Positions 10,885 through 20,008 of a stretch of 64,000 bases of DNA are shown in pieces. Location of the stretch: assembly GCA_046290225.1 (NCBI GenBank), contig JBKAGE010000080.1:1-64000 (forward strand). Direction: 5' to 3'. The stretch is from Bradymonadia bacterium. GTDB lineage: Bacteria > Myxococcota_A > Bradymonadia > UBA7976 > UBA1532. The notes beneath the pieces were generated by a model that saw only the letters and a program-made list of their open reading frames with translations, was not told the DNA's origin and did no database searches. Made by a program: the position numbers and the translations under genes. Within the stretch, counting starts at the first letter, position 1; each line of letters begins with the position of its first letter.

Positions 10885-11455
10885 CAAATACGCCGTCACA
10901 GACGAGCTGCTCGACCACGATTACGACGGCATCCGGGAATACGACAACCCGCTGCCCCGGTGGTGGCTGTACATGTTCTACATCACCATCGCCTTCGCCA
11001 TCGCCTACGTGGGCTACTTCATCCTGGGCCCGGGGCCAGACTCGAGGACTGAGTACGAGATGGAAATGGCCGCCGCGGCGGTGATGTATCCCGACGAAGA
11101 TCCGGCTTCGAACATCGAGCTGCTCACCGCCGCTCTGGGCAACCCGAAGTTCATCGGTGAGGGCAAGGGCATCTTCGCCACCAACTGCGCCGCATGCCAC
11201 GGTCCCGACGGCGGCGGCATCGTGGGGCCCAACCTCACCGACGACTTCTGGCTGCACGGCAAGGGTGACATCGCCGGTGTGGTGCGCGTGGTGGCCGACG
11301 GGGTGCCCGAGAAGGGCATGATCGCCTGGAAGAAGCAGCTCAAGGTCAAAGAGATGGTGGCTGTCTCGGCCTACATCATGAGCCTGCGCGGGACCACCCC
11401 CGCCAATCCCAAGGCCCCACAGGGCGAAAAGATGCCGCGTCAGGCGGCGAACTGA
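10877..11455 (+). CDS. ccoP: cbb3 oxidase subunit III (short, mono-haem CcoP)
   Basis: DHDYDGIREYDNPLPRWW N-terminus; CAACHG; GPNLTDDFWLHG. Confidence 0.93.
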   Translation: MSDKYAVTDELLDHDYDGIREYDNPLPRWWLYMFYITIAFAIAYVGYFILGPGPDSRTEYEMEMAAAAVMYPDEDPASNIELLTAALGNPKFIGEGKGIFATNCAACHGPDGGGIVGPNLTDDFWLHGKGDIAGVVRVVADGVPEKGMIAWKKQLKVKEMVAVSAYIMSLRGTTPANPKAPQGEKMPRQAAN

Positions 11456-11470
11456 TCAGGCGAGGCCCCC

Positions 11471-12895
11471 ATGCCACTGCAAGGCAACGATACTGTCACC
11501 ACCATCGGCCAGTCGGGCAGCCGTGTCTGGCTCTACCCCCTGTTGGTGGCCGGCCGCTACGTGAAGGCCCGTCGTGTGGTGGGCTGGGCCCTCATCGTCT
11601 TCTTGCTCATCGCCCCCTGGGTCGACATCAACGGACACCCAGCCATGATGTTCGATCTGCCCAACCGGCGGTTCTACTTCTGGGGGCTGAGCCTCTTCGC
11701 CACCGACGCCACCTACCTGCTGTTTCTCTGCGGGCTCATCGTCTTCGGGGTGTTCCTGTTCACCGCCCTCTTCGGGCGCATCTGGTGCGGATGGTCCTGC
11801 CCGCAGACGGTGTTCATGGAGCTCGTGATACGCCCCATCGAGCAGCTGGTCGAAGGCAAGCCCAGCGCCCGGAAGAAGCTCGACAAGGCCCCGTGGGGCC
11901 CATCGAAGATCTTCAAAAAGAGCCTGAAATGGGCGGCGTTCCTGGTGGTCTCTGGGGCTCTGTCCACCACCCTGGTGGCCTACTTCCTCGGCCGCGACGG
12001 CATCGTCGAGGCCCAGCTCGACCCCTGGAGCCACCCTGTAGGCACCAGCATCTTCATCTTCTTCACCGGACTGTTCTTCTTCGACTTCGCCTGGTTCCGA
12101 GAGCAGACCTGCATCGTGGTCTGCCCTTATGGCCGGCTGCAATCGGTGCTGATGGATCAAGACTCCCTCACCATCAACTACGACGCGGGCCGAGGCGAGC
12201 CCAGAGGCAAGCCCAAGAAGAAAGCAGACGGCACCCCCCTTGGGGACTGCATCGACTGCAGAAAATGCGTACAGGTCTGCCCCACGGGGATCGACATCCG
12301 CAAAGGCGTACAGATGGAGTGCGTGAACTGCGCTGTCTGCATCGACGCCTGCGACGAGATGATGGACAAGATCGGGCGGCCCCGGGGCCTGATTCGATAC
12401 ACATCGGAGGCCCAGCTCGCCGGCAAACCCCGGCGCTTCGCCCGACCCCGGACGCTGGCGTACACCGTGGCCCTCACGGCGGTCATCGTCGCCATGAGCG
12501 TCACGCTGGTCACCCGGCAGCCCATCGAGATGATCATGACCCGGCAGGTGGGGGCCCCCTACCTGACCCTGCCCGACGGCAGGGTCCAGAACATGACCAA
12601 CCTGAACATCGCCAACAAGACCCGGGAGACCCGTCACCTCAAAGTGCGGGCTCTCACCGAGGGAGGCGAGGTCATCGTCCCCGGCAAAGCGCTGGTGCTC
12701 AAGCCCGAGGCCCTCATCAACGTGCCTGTCTTCTTGATTCAGCCTGATCCCAAGGAGCCAGACGGTGAGGGGGTGTTCTCCATCGAGATCACCGACGATC
12801 AGGGTTTCAAGCAGGTGATGACCTACCCCTTCCTCTCGAAGCCCGACGCCGCTCGGGCCTCGAAGGCAGCAACGCGCAAGGAGAAAGGCGCATGA
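11471..12895 (+). CDS. ccoG: Cytochrome c oxidase accessory 4Fe-4S protein CcoG
   Basis: GRIWCGWSCPQTVF, CPYGRLQ, CIDCRKCVQVCPTGIDIR, CVNCAVCIDAC. Confidence 0.95.
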   Translation: MPLQGNDTVTTIGQSGSRVWLYPLLVAGRYVKARRVVGWALIVFLLIAPWVDINGHPAMMFDLPNRRFYFWGLSLFATDATYLLFLCGLIVFGVFLFTALFGRIWCGWSCPQTVFMELVIRPIEQLVEGKPSARKKLDKAPWGPSKIFKKSLKWAAFLVVSGALSTTLVAYFLGRDGIVEAQLDPWSHPVGTSIFIFFTGLFFFDFAWFREQTCIVVCPYGRLQSVLMDQDSLTINYDAGRGEPRGKPKKKADGTPLGDCIDCRKCVQVCPTGIDIRKGVQMECVNCAVCIDACDEMMDKIGRPRGLIRYTSEAQLAGKPRRFARPRTLAYTVALTAVIVAMSVTLVTRQPIEMIMTRQVGAPYLTLPDGRVQNMTNLNIANKTRETRHLKVRALTEGGEVIVPGKALVLKPEALINVPVFLIQPDPKEPDGEGVFSIEITDDQGFKQVMTYPFLSKPDAARASKAATRKEKGA

Positions 12896-13434
12896 GCGGG
12901 AGCGCGATCATGAGCGACGCACCGAAGAAGCGTGCCTCCAAGGGCAAGTTCAACCCCTGGCCGTGGGGCATCGGCCTCGGCCTGACCATCGTGGTGGTGG
13001 TGAACCTCTACGTGGTCTACCTCTCCCGGCAGAACGCCCCCACCCTGACCCGGTCGGACTACTATCAGGCGGGCGTCGACTTCGAGCAGACCCTCGAAGC
13101 AAAGCGGGCTTCACAGGCGCTCGGGTGGCAGCCCGAGGTGAGCGTGTGCCCCGCGGGCTCTTCTGAGGGGATCTGCGAGGTGGCCTTCCGCCTGAAAGAC
13201 GCCGACGGGCGCGCCCTCGCAGGTCTCTCCGGCACCCTCGTCGCGCGGCGGGCCGACAGCGCCACCCACGACGCCAAAGTGGGCTTCGACGACATGGGCC
13301 ACGGGCTCTACATCGCCAAAGTGCCCATCTCCAAGACCGGCTACTGGCGCCTCGCAACGACTTTCACCGCCGAAGGCCAGACACCCTGGCTCGATGCTCG
13401 CAGAGTGCACATCGACAGCGCGGCTCACCCCTGA
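12892..13434 (+). CDS. fixH: FixH/CcoH family protein
   Basis: N-terminal W-TM segment and DYYQAG motif; position after ccoG. Confidence 0.8.
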   Translation: MSGSAIMSDAPKKRASKGKFNPWPWGIGLGLTIVVVVNLYVVYLSRQNAPTLTRSDYYQAGVDFEQTLEAKRASQALGWQPEVSVCPAGSSEGICEVAFRLKDADGRALAGLSGTLVARRADSATHDAKVGFDDMGHGLYIAKVPISKTGYWRLATTFTAEGQTPWLDARRVHIDSAAHP

Positions 13435-13469
13435 AGGGCGCCCGCAGAAGATCACACGAGGAGCACCCC

Positions 13470-14273
13470 ATGAGCATCATCGCCGTTCTCAGCGCCAGCC
13501 TGCTCGGCAGCCTGCACTGCGTGGGCATGTGCGGCGGCTTCGTCGCCCTCTACTCCGCCCCGGGCACCGGCGGCTGGCGCGCCCAGAGCGCCTACCACCT
13601 CGGGCGCCTGATCTCCTACGCCACCCTTGGCGCCCTGGCAGGCTTTGCAGGCTCCCATCTCGATCTCGCCGGGGAGACCCTGCTCGGGGTGCAGCAAGTG
13701 GCGGCGGTGGCCATGGGCGGACTGCTCATTTTCATGGGCATCAAAGCCTTGGGTCTGTTCCCCGCAGCCCAGCGCGCGGCTCAGCACGACACCCCACTCG
13801 TACACATAGAAGACCGCAAGCGCCCGGGGCTGCTCGCCCGTATGCGCCACCGGGTCTCCACGCTCTACCGCAGCAAGGGCCCTGGTCCGGCCTTCGCCGT
13901 AGGTCTGTTGTCCACAGTACTGCCCTGTGGCTGGCTCTGGGGATTCGTCGCCGTCGCTGCGGCCACGGGCTCGGCCTGGATGGGGGCAGTCTGGATGGCG
14001 GCCTTCTGGGTGGGCACGGTGCCCGCGCTGGGCTCCCTCGGCGTCGCCACCAGGTTGATGGGCAGCGCCCTACGCCCTTACGCCCCCCGCCTCACAGCGG
14101 CCGTCATGATCGGCTTCGGCGTGCTGGCCCTCGCAGGCAAAATGCCTCGCCCCGCCATGGCCCAACACCATCACCACGCCCCAGCAGCCACCACCCACGG
14201 CGAGCACACCACCCCTCACAACAAGGCCGCACAACCCGAGCTCCCCACCCCCGGCGAGCACCACTGTCACTGA
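13470..14273 (+). CDS. TauE/SafE (DsbD_2-like) cco-associated membrane protein with His-rich tail
   Basis: GSLHCVGMCGG, YHLGRLISY, LPCGWL and FWVGTVP motifs. Confidence 0.88.
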   Translation: MSIIAVLSASLLGSLHCVGMCGGFVALYSAPGTGGWRAQSAYHLGRLISYATLGALAGFAGSHLDLAGETLLGVQQVAAVAMGGLLIFMGIKALGLFPAAQRAAQHDTPLVHIEDRKRPGLLARMRHRVSTLYRSKGPGPAFAVGLLSTVLPCGWLWGFVAVAAATGSAWMGAVWMAAFWVGTVPALGSLGVATRLMGSALRPYAPRLTAAVMIGFGVLALAGKMPRPAMAQHHHHAPAATTHGEHTTPHNKAAQPELPTPGEHHCH

Positions 14274-14343
14274 TCGCGCTCCCCCTCACCATTCCGTAAC
14301 CCCCTCCCCCACAAGCGTTACCCAAACACCACACCCACAATCA

Positions 14344-14528
14344 GAATCCAGGGCAGGCCATGGGTCCAGAGTCGAACAGTGGCCAGCCCTCCGGGTGTCT
14401 TTCCGCTCCCTCCGGCCGGCTACGCCGCCCTCCACTCGCTCCAAGACATGCAGCCTCAGGCTGCACTGTCCACATCCGTAAAACTCGTGCCCGTGCCCGT
14501 GCCCGTGCCCGTGCCCGAAACTCTCTCT
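14344..14528 (+). mobile_element. Half copy (right arm only) of the GTGCCC element, split by a ~95-bp imperfect palindrome
   Basis: GAATCCAGGGCAGGCCATGGGTCCAG (14344-14369) and AACTC(GTGCCC)5GAAACTCTCT match the right arms of the other copies; intervening insert at about 14376-14469. Confidence 0.75.
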
Positions 14529-14615
14529 CCCAACCACCAGCGGCACAGAACCTGCTTCCCCCTCAAAGAAAGCCACCCCAAAGAGGCACCCCCCTTGGCA
14601 TTGAGCGAGACCCAC

Positions 14616-17099
14616 GTGCCATCCCAGGCAGCCCTCGAAGCAGTGCACTGCACCCACTGCGGGCTCCCGGTCCCCGAAGGCCTCATCGTCGGTGATCGAG
14701 AGGGCCCGCAGTTCTGCTGCAATGGCTGCCGCGCCGTGTATCAGATCATGTCCGACAACGGCCTCGGTGGGTTCTACGGACTGCGAGATCGTACAGGGGG
14801 CGCCCCCCGTGGCGTCGCCGTCGACGAAGAGTCCCTCGCCGGCGCCGACGCATACGCTCACTATGACGATCCCACCTTCATCGACGCCCACACCCGAGCC
14901 CACACCGAAGGTCAGCGCACCATCGACCTGTATGCCGACGGCGTGCACTGCGCAGCCTGCGTGTGGGTCATGGAGCGGTTGCCCCAGGTGATGCCTGGGG
15001 TCGACACAGCCAGTCTGTCCCTCGCCGATCAGCGACTGCGTTTGAGCTGGTGGCCCGAGCAGGTCTCATTGGGGCAGATCGGTGGCTTCCTGCATCGACT
15101 CGGCTACGCCACCCATCCGCTCGGAGAGGCCGCTGATGCCGCCCGCAAAGCGGCCCGACGTGGCACTCTGATCCGGCTGGCCGTGGCCTTCGCCCTCGCA
15201 GGCAACACCATGCTCCTCGCCGCAGCGCTCTATGCCGGCGAGGGCACCCTCGATCCCACCATGGCCCGGTTCTTCGAATGGCTCAGCTTCGGCCTCGCCA
15301 TCCCCGCAGTGACCTATGGCGCCTGGCCCTTTTACAGGGGCGCGCTCTCAGGTCTGCGGATGGGTCGGCCCCACATGGACCTCCCCGTGTCGCTGGGGCT
15401 GCTCGGCGGCTTCTTCGCCAGCGCCTATGCCACCATCACTCACCAGGGGCATGTCTACTTCGACTCGGTCACCGTATTGGTGTTTCTGTTATTGCTCGGC
15501 CGCTATGTGCAAAGCCGCGGACAGCAAGCTGCCATGACCGGCACCGAGCTCATGACCGCCCTCACGCCAGGGACCGCTTGGCGACGCATCGAGTTCGACG
15601 GGGCCCTCGAGTTTCGCCCCGCCTCGGTGAACACGCTGGTGGCAGGCGACGTGGTCCGGGTCCGCGCTGGGGAGACCTGCCCGGTGGATGGCAAAATCCA
15701 CATCGGTGAGACCCACGTCGACGCCAGCCTGCTCACCGGTGAGAGCCGACCAGTGCCCGTAGGGCCTGGCGCCCCTGTGTATGCCGGCACGGTGAACATC
15801 GACGACGAGGTGCTCATCGAAGTGCAGGCCTCAGGGGCCTCGACCCGACTGGGGCGCCTCGCCGCTCTCGTCGACCAGGCTGATCCACATCGCGCTCCAG
15901 TGGTGCGGCTCTCAGATCGCATCGCCGGCATCTTCGTCTCCGTGGTCATCGGTCTCGCCGTCGCCGGGGGCGTGGCGTGGAGCTTCATCGACGCCGAGCG
16001 GATCTTCGACGTGGTGGTGTCGCTGCTGGTGGTCTCGTGCCCGTGTGCTCTGGGCCTCGCCACCCCCGTGGCCCTCGCCGTGGCTCGGGGCCGCGCCGCC
16101 CGCTCGGGCATTCTGATTCGCTCCACCACCGCGTTGGAGCGGCTGGTCCGTGTGCAGCAGGTCGTGCTCGACAAGACCGGCACCCTCACCGAAGGGCAGC
16201 TCACCGTCTCAGGTGCACACTGGAGCCCTCATGTCGAGCCCGCCCACCTGTGCGCCAGCATCGAAGCCCTCGAGCGACGCTCCAGCCATCCCGTGGCCCG
16301 GGCGGTGGCGCAGTGGGCTGGCCAGCACGCAGGCCTCTCCTCAACGCTCCAGGTCACTGACGTGCAAGAGCAGCCCAGCAAGGGGATCGCCGGTCGCATA
16401 GAAGATCGCCACATCATCGTGGGTCGGCTGGGATGGGCCGAGGGCGACAAGACCCTACCCCCTGATCTACACACCGCCGCAGATCAGGCGCTCCGTGCCG
16501 GCCACAGCGTCGTGCTCGTCGTCTGTGAGGGTGAGCCCGTGGGCGTCCTGGTCATGTCCGATCAGATTCGGCAGGACACACCTGCAGCCCTGAGCCGGCT
16601 CAGGGCTCTGGGGCTCGGCCTCTCGGTCCAGAGTGGCGATCACCCGCACGTGGTGGCCGAGATCGCCCGTCGGCTCGAGATCGACCAGGCCACAGGGGCG
16701 GCCAGCCCGGAAGACAAGGCCGCCGCTGTCACCGAGAGCCCCCACGTGGCCATGATCGGCGATGGGATCAACGACGCGCCAGCCCTACGTCAGGCCGAGG
16801 TGGGCATCGCCGTCGCCGGCGGCGCCGAAGCCGCGCTGCAGGTGGCCGACGTCTACCTCACCCGGCCGGGCCTCGACACCGTGGCCGACGTCTTCGAGGG
16901 TGCCCACCGTACCTTCGCCATCATCCGCCGAAACCTCGTCTTCTCGTTGCTCTACAACGTGCTGTTCGCCTCGCTGGCCCTCGCCGGTGAGATCACCCCC
17001 CTCGCCGCGGCGGTGCTGATGCCCATCAGCAGTCTCACCGTCGTGGCTTCTTCTGTCTTCGGCCGTACCTGGCGGCCTCACCGTGAGCACCGGTCATGA
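14616..17099 (+). CDS. ccoI: Cu-transporting P1B-type ATPase CcoI/FixI
   Basis: CTHCG...FCCNGC N-terminus, HCAACVW, TGES, CPC, DKTGT, GDGIND; start GTG 14616 or TTG 14595 (the ORF-track extension runs through the repeat). Confidence 0.92.
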   Translation: MPSQAALEAVHCTHCGLPVPEGLIVGDREGPQFCCNGCRAVYQIMSDNGLGGFYGLRDRTGGAPRGVAVDEESLAGADAYAHYDDPTFIDAHTRAHTEGQRTIDLYADGVHCAACVWVMERLPQVMPGVDTASLSLADQRLRLSWWPEQVSLGQIGGFLHRLGYATHPLGEAADAARKAARRGTLIRLAVAFALAGNTMLLAAALYAGEGTLDPTMARFFEWLSFGLAIPAVTYGAWPFYRGALSGLRMGRPHMDLPVSLGLLGGFFASAYATITHQGHVYFDSVTVLVFLLLLGRYVQSRGQQAAMTGTELMTALTPGTAWRRIEFDGALEFRPASVNTLVAGDVVRVRAGETCPVDGKIHIGETHVDASLLTGESRPVPVGPGAPVYAGTVNIDDEVLIEVQASGASTRLGRLAALVDQADPHRAPVVRLSDRIAGIFVSVVIGLAVAGGVAWSFIDAERIFDVVVSLLVVSCPCALGLATPVALAVARGRAARSGILIRSTTALERLVRVQQVVLDKTGTLTEGQLTVSGAHWSPHVEPAHLCASIEALERRSSHPVARAVAQWAGQHAGLSSTLQVTDVQEQPSKGIAGRIEDRHIIVGRLGWAEGDKTLPPDLHTAADQALRAGHSVVLVVCEGEPVGVLVMSDQIRQDTPAALSRLRALGLGLSVQSGDHPHVVAEIARRLEIDQATGAASPEDKAAAVTESPHVAMIGDGINDAPALRQAEVGIAVAGGAEAALQVADVYLTRPGLDTVADVFEGAHRTFAIIRRNLVFSLLYNVLFASLALAGEITPLAAAVLMPISSLTVVASSVFGRTWRPHREHRS

Positions 17100-18508
17100 A
17101 CCACCGACTTGCCCCCCCAGAGGCCCTGCCCCGCCTCGAAGCGGACCTGATTCAGAAGATGAACGTCCGCGGACCTCGGTACACCAGCTACCCTCCGGTG
17201 CCACTCTGGACATCTGACTTCGGGGCTCCGGATCTCGAAGCGGCCCTGTCGACGGCTGCACAGGCGGGGGCCAAAGCACCACTCTCGCTCTACATTCACG
17301 TACCGTTCTGCAAATCGCTCTGCACGTATTGTGGCTGCAACGTGGTGGTGAGCCGGGATCGGGCTCGAATGGACGCCTACGTCGATCGGGTGCTCGTAGA
17401 GCTCGACCTGCTCGCGGAGCGGCTCGGTGATCGCAACACCCTCTCCCGGATTCATTGGGGCGGGGGCACCCCCACCTGGCTCGACGACGATCAGCTCAAA
17501 CGACTCTGGTATGGGATCCAGAGCAGCTTCACCCTGCAAAAGGGCGCCGAGATCGCCGTGGAGCTCCACCCGGGCATCACCGACATCGAGCGCTTGCAGC
17601 GACTTCGAGGGCTGGGCTTCAACCGGTTGTCCATGGGTGTGCAGGACTTCGACCCCGCTGTGCAGCAGGCCATCGGCCGGGTCCAGAGCATCAGCCACAC
17701 CGCTTGTCTCGTGAGCGCCGCCCGAGCGCTGGGTTTCGAGAGCATCAACTTCGACCTCGTCTACGGGCTGCCAGCCCAGACCCTGAAAACCTGGCAGCAC
17801 ACCCTCGACGTCGTCGCCGATATGGCCCCCGACCGGCTCGCCATCTATGGCTTCGCCTACCTGCCGGAGCAACGGGCCAATCAGCGTAAAATCGATGCCA
17901 GCCAGCTGCCGACCCCCGCAACCCGTGTCGAGCTGTTCACCGCAGCCTATGGCCATTTCGTCGAACACGGCATGGTGCCCATCGGCATGGATCACTTCGC
18001 CCGGCCCGACGACGAGCTCGCTGTGGCCCAACGGGCCCGGCGGCTGTGGCGCGACTTTCAGGGCTACACCGTCAAACGGGCCCACGACACCATCGCCGTG
18101 GGGGCCACGGCCATCAGCGACGTCGGCGGCGCCTATGCACAGAACGTGAGCCGGCTCGGGGTGTACGGCGAGCACGTCGATCGCGGTGAGCTGCCCGTCG
18201 CTCGGGGCATCAAGCTCACCGCTGAGGACCAGCTGCGACGACAGCTCATCACCCAGATCATGTGCAATTTCTGGGTCGATCTCGCCGACTTCTCCCCAGA
18301 GGGCCGCGATGTGGCCACGGTGCACGCCCGATATGCCCACGAGCTCGAAGCCCTCGAGCCCCTTGTCGCCGACGATCTGGTCGATTGTGAAGGCACCGAG
18401 TTGAGCCTGACACCGCGAGGTCGGCTGTTCGTCCGCAATCTGGCCATGATCTTCGATCCTCATCTGCAGACTGGAAGGCCTCAGGCCCGATACTCACGGA
18501 CCATCTGA
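17096..18508 (+). CDS. hemN: Oxygen-independent coproporphyrinogen III oxidase
   Basis: GPRYTSYP, CKSLCTYCGC radical SAM motif, GGGTP, GMDHFA, RDFQGY. Confidence 0.95.
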   Translation: MNHRLAPPEALPRLEADLIQKMNVRGPRYTSYPPVPLWTSDFGAPDLEAALSTAAQAGAKAPLSLYIHVPFCKSLCTYCGCNVVVSRDRARMDAYVDRVLVELDLLAERLGDRNTLSRIHWGGGTPTWLDDDQLKRLWYGIQSSFTLQKGAEIAVELHPGITDIERLQRLRGLGFNRLSMGVQDFDPAVQQAIGRVQSISHTACLVSAARALGFESINFDLVYGLPAQTLKTWQHTLDVVADMAPDRLAIYGFAYLPEQRANQRKIDASQLPTPATRVELFTAAYGHFVEHGMVPIGMDHFARPDDELAVAQRARRLWRDFQGYTVKRAHDTIAVGATAISDVGGAYAQNVSRLGVYGEHVDRGELPVARGIKLTAEDQLRRQLITQIMCNFWVDLADFSPEGRDVATVHARYAHELEALEPLVADDLVDCEGTELSLTPRGRLFVRNLAMIFDPHLQTGRPQARYSRTI

Positions 18509-18606
18509 CCGCAGAGCGAGGCAACCCCTCGGGCTTTTGGCCGGATTCTTAGAGCCTGGAGAGAACCGTGATATGAACTGAATCGTCAGCGTCGGAGAGT
18601 ACGTGC

Positions 18607-18984
18607 ATGTCGCTCATGGACATGTCCCCCCAGGACATTCTGGTCATAGATGACGAGGAGCTGCTCCGCGGCACCTTGAATCGGTTGCTCACTCACCTTG
18701 GCCACACAGTGACCGAGGCCCGAGATGGTATCGAAGCGCTCAACATATATGACGGAGCCACTCGGTCCCCATTGGTGATCCTCGACATCAACATGCCAGG
18801 TCTGACACCAGAAGAGATCGTAGCGGGCATCATCGAGCGCAACCCCGGCGCCCGCATCATCCTCACATCTGGCGAATACGACGCCTCCCGCATCGAACAG
18901 CTGTGCGCCCGTGGGGCCGAGCAGTTTCTCGCCAAGCCCTTCAGCCTCGAAGAGCTCACCCGGGCCCTCAAACCCTGCACATGA
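18607..18984 (+). CDS. Single-domain response regulator (CheY-like)
   Basis: ILVIDDE, ILDINMP, FLAKPF receiver motifs. Confidence 0.9.
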   Translation: MSLMDMSPQDILVIDDEELLRGTLNRLLTHLGHTVTEARDGIEALNIYDGATRSPLVILDINMPGLTPEEIVAGIIERNPGARIILTSGEYDASRIEQLCARGAEQFLAKPFSLEELTRALKPCT

Positions 18985-18988
18985 CACC

Positions 18989-19549
18989 ATGAAGCGCTCC
19001 GCCCGCGAGAGACGGTACATGCAGCGCATGGCCATGCGGGCGTGGTGGCTCTCTCGAGCCCCTGTCATCGCTCTGCTGGGCTGGCTCACCGTCGAGCTCA
19101 TCCTGGGTGCCGACTGGGTGTTCCTCGACTACGTCAACCTCGCCCTCCACGAAGGCGGGCATATGTTCTTTCGGTGGGCCGGGCAGACCATGCACTTGCT
19201 CGGCGGCACTCTCGGGCAGCTGCTCTTCCCCATCCTCTTCGCGATCTACTTCTTCAGGCGATCCGCCTGGTTTTCGGTCGTCGCCATGATCTGGTGGTGG
19301 TTTCAGAGCAGCATCAACGTCGCCCGGTATATGGCAGACGCCCTGCCTCAGCGATTGCCACTCGTCGGTGGAGAGATCCACGACTGGGCCACCCTCATGA
19401 GCCAGTGGGGGCTCCTGTTCGAAGCAGACGACATCGCTCAATGGATCAGGGTCATCGGCATGGTGGGCATGGTGCTCTCGCTGGGCATCATGACATGGTG
19501 GACCGTGTTCCCCTCACCAGAAGAGCTGGAGCACAGCGTTCGCGGCTGA
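18989..19549 (+). CDS. Membrane protein with HExxH motif (M50B-like peptidase family)
   Basis: LHEGGH, GGTLGQL, YMADA and HDW motifs in a multi-TM protein. Confidence 0.7.
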   Translation: MKRSARERRYMQRMAMRAWWLSRAPVIALLGWLTVELILGADWVFLDYVNLALHEGGHMFFRWAGQTMHLLGGTLGQLLFPILFAIYFFRRSAWFSVVAMIWWWFQSSINVARYMADALPQRLPLVGGEIHDWATLMSQWGLLFEADDIAQWIRVIGMVGMVLSLGIMTWWTVFPSPEELEHSVRG

Positions 19550-19568
19550 GCCTGCCACATGTCTCGGG

Positions 19569-19632
19569 CAGAAGCAGTGCCTGACAGAAGCAGTCCCTGA
19601 CAACATCGATTCCTGACAACATCGATTCCTGA
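19569..19632. repeat. Four 16-bp tandem units with a CCTGACA core
   Basis: CAGAAGCAGT(G/C)CCTGA x2 followed by CAACATCGATTCCTGA x2. Confidence 0.85.
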
Positions 19633-20008
19633 CAGCACGCCCTGTCCCTTCAGGACCTCGTTTCAGTGACGCCCTCAGGCCTGTTCCATGGACTTTTCAG
19701 CATGGCGGGCCACCCCCGCACACCTCTTTTTTTTATTCAACCTCTAAAATCGCCACCTCATAATTTGAGCGGCGAATCAAACAAAACACGCCCACCACGC
19801 TCTAAGCACCTATAACCATTACCAAAAGCAAAAACAGTCGTTTGGTTGCGCATATTTCTCGGGTGTCAACGCTTAATTTATTTTTTTGATACCTACACCT
19901 CGGCACACTACCTTCACAAACGTACTCGAACCGACCAGTCATCCATGTGCAGTGTATACACAGGTGAGTGTTTCATCTGTGTATCAAGACAAACTAGAGG
20001 AGTGTTAT

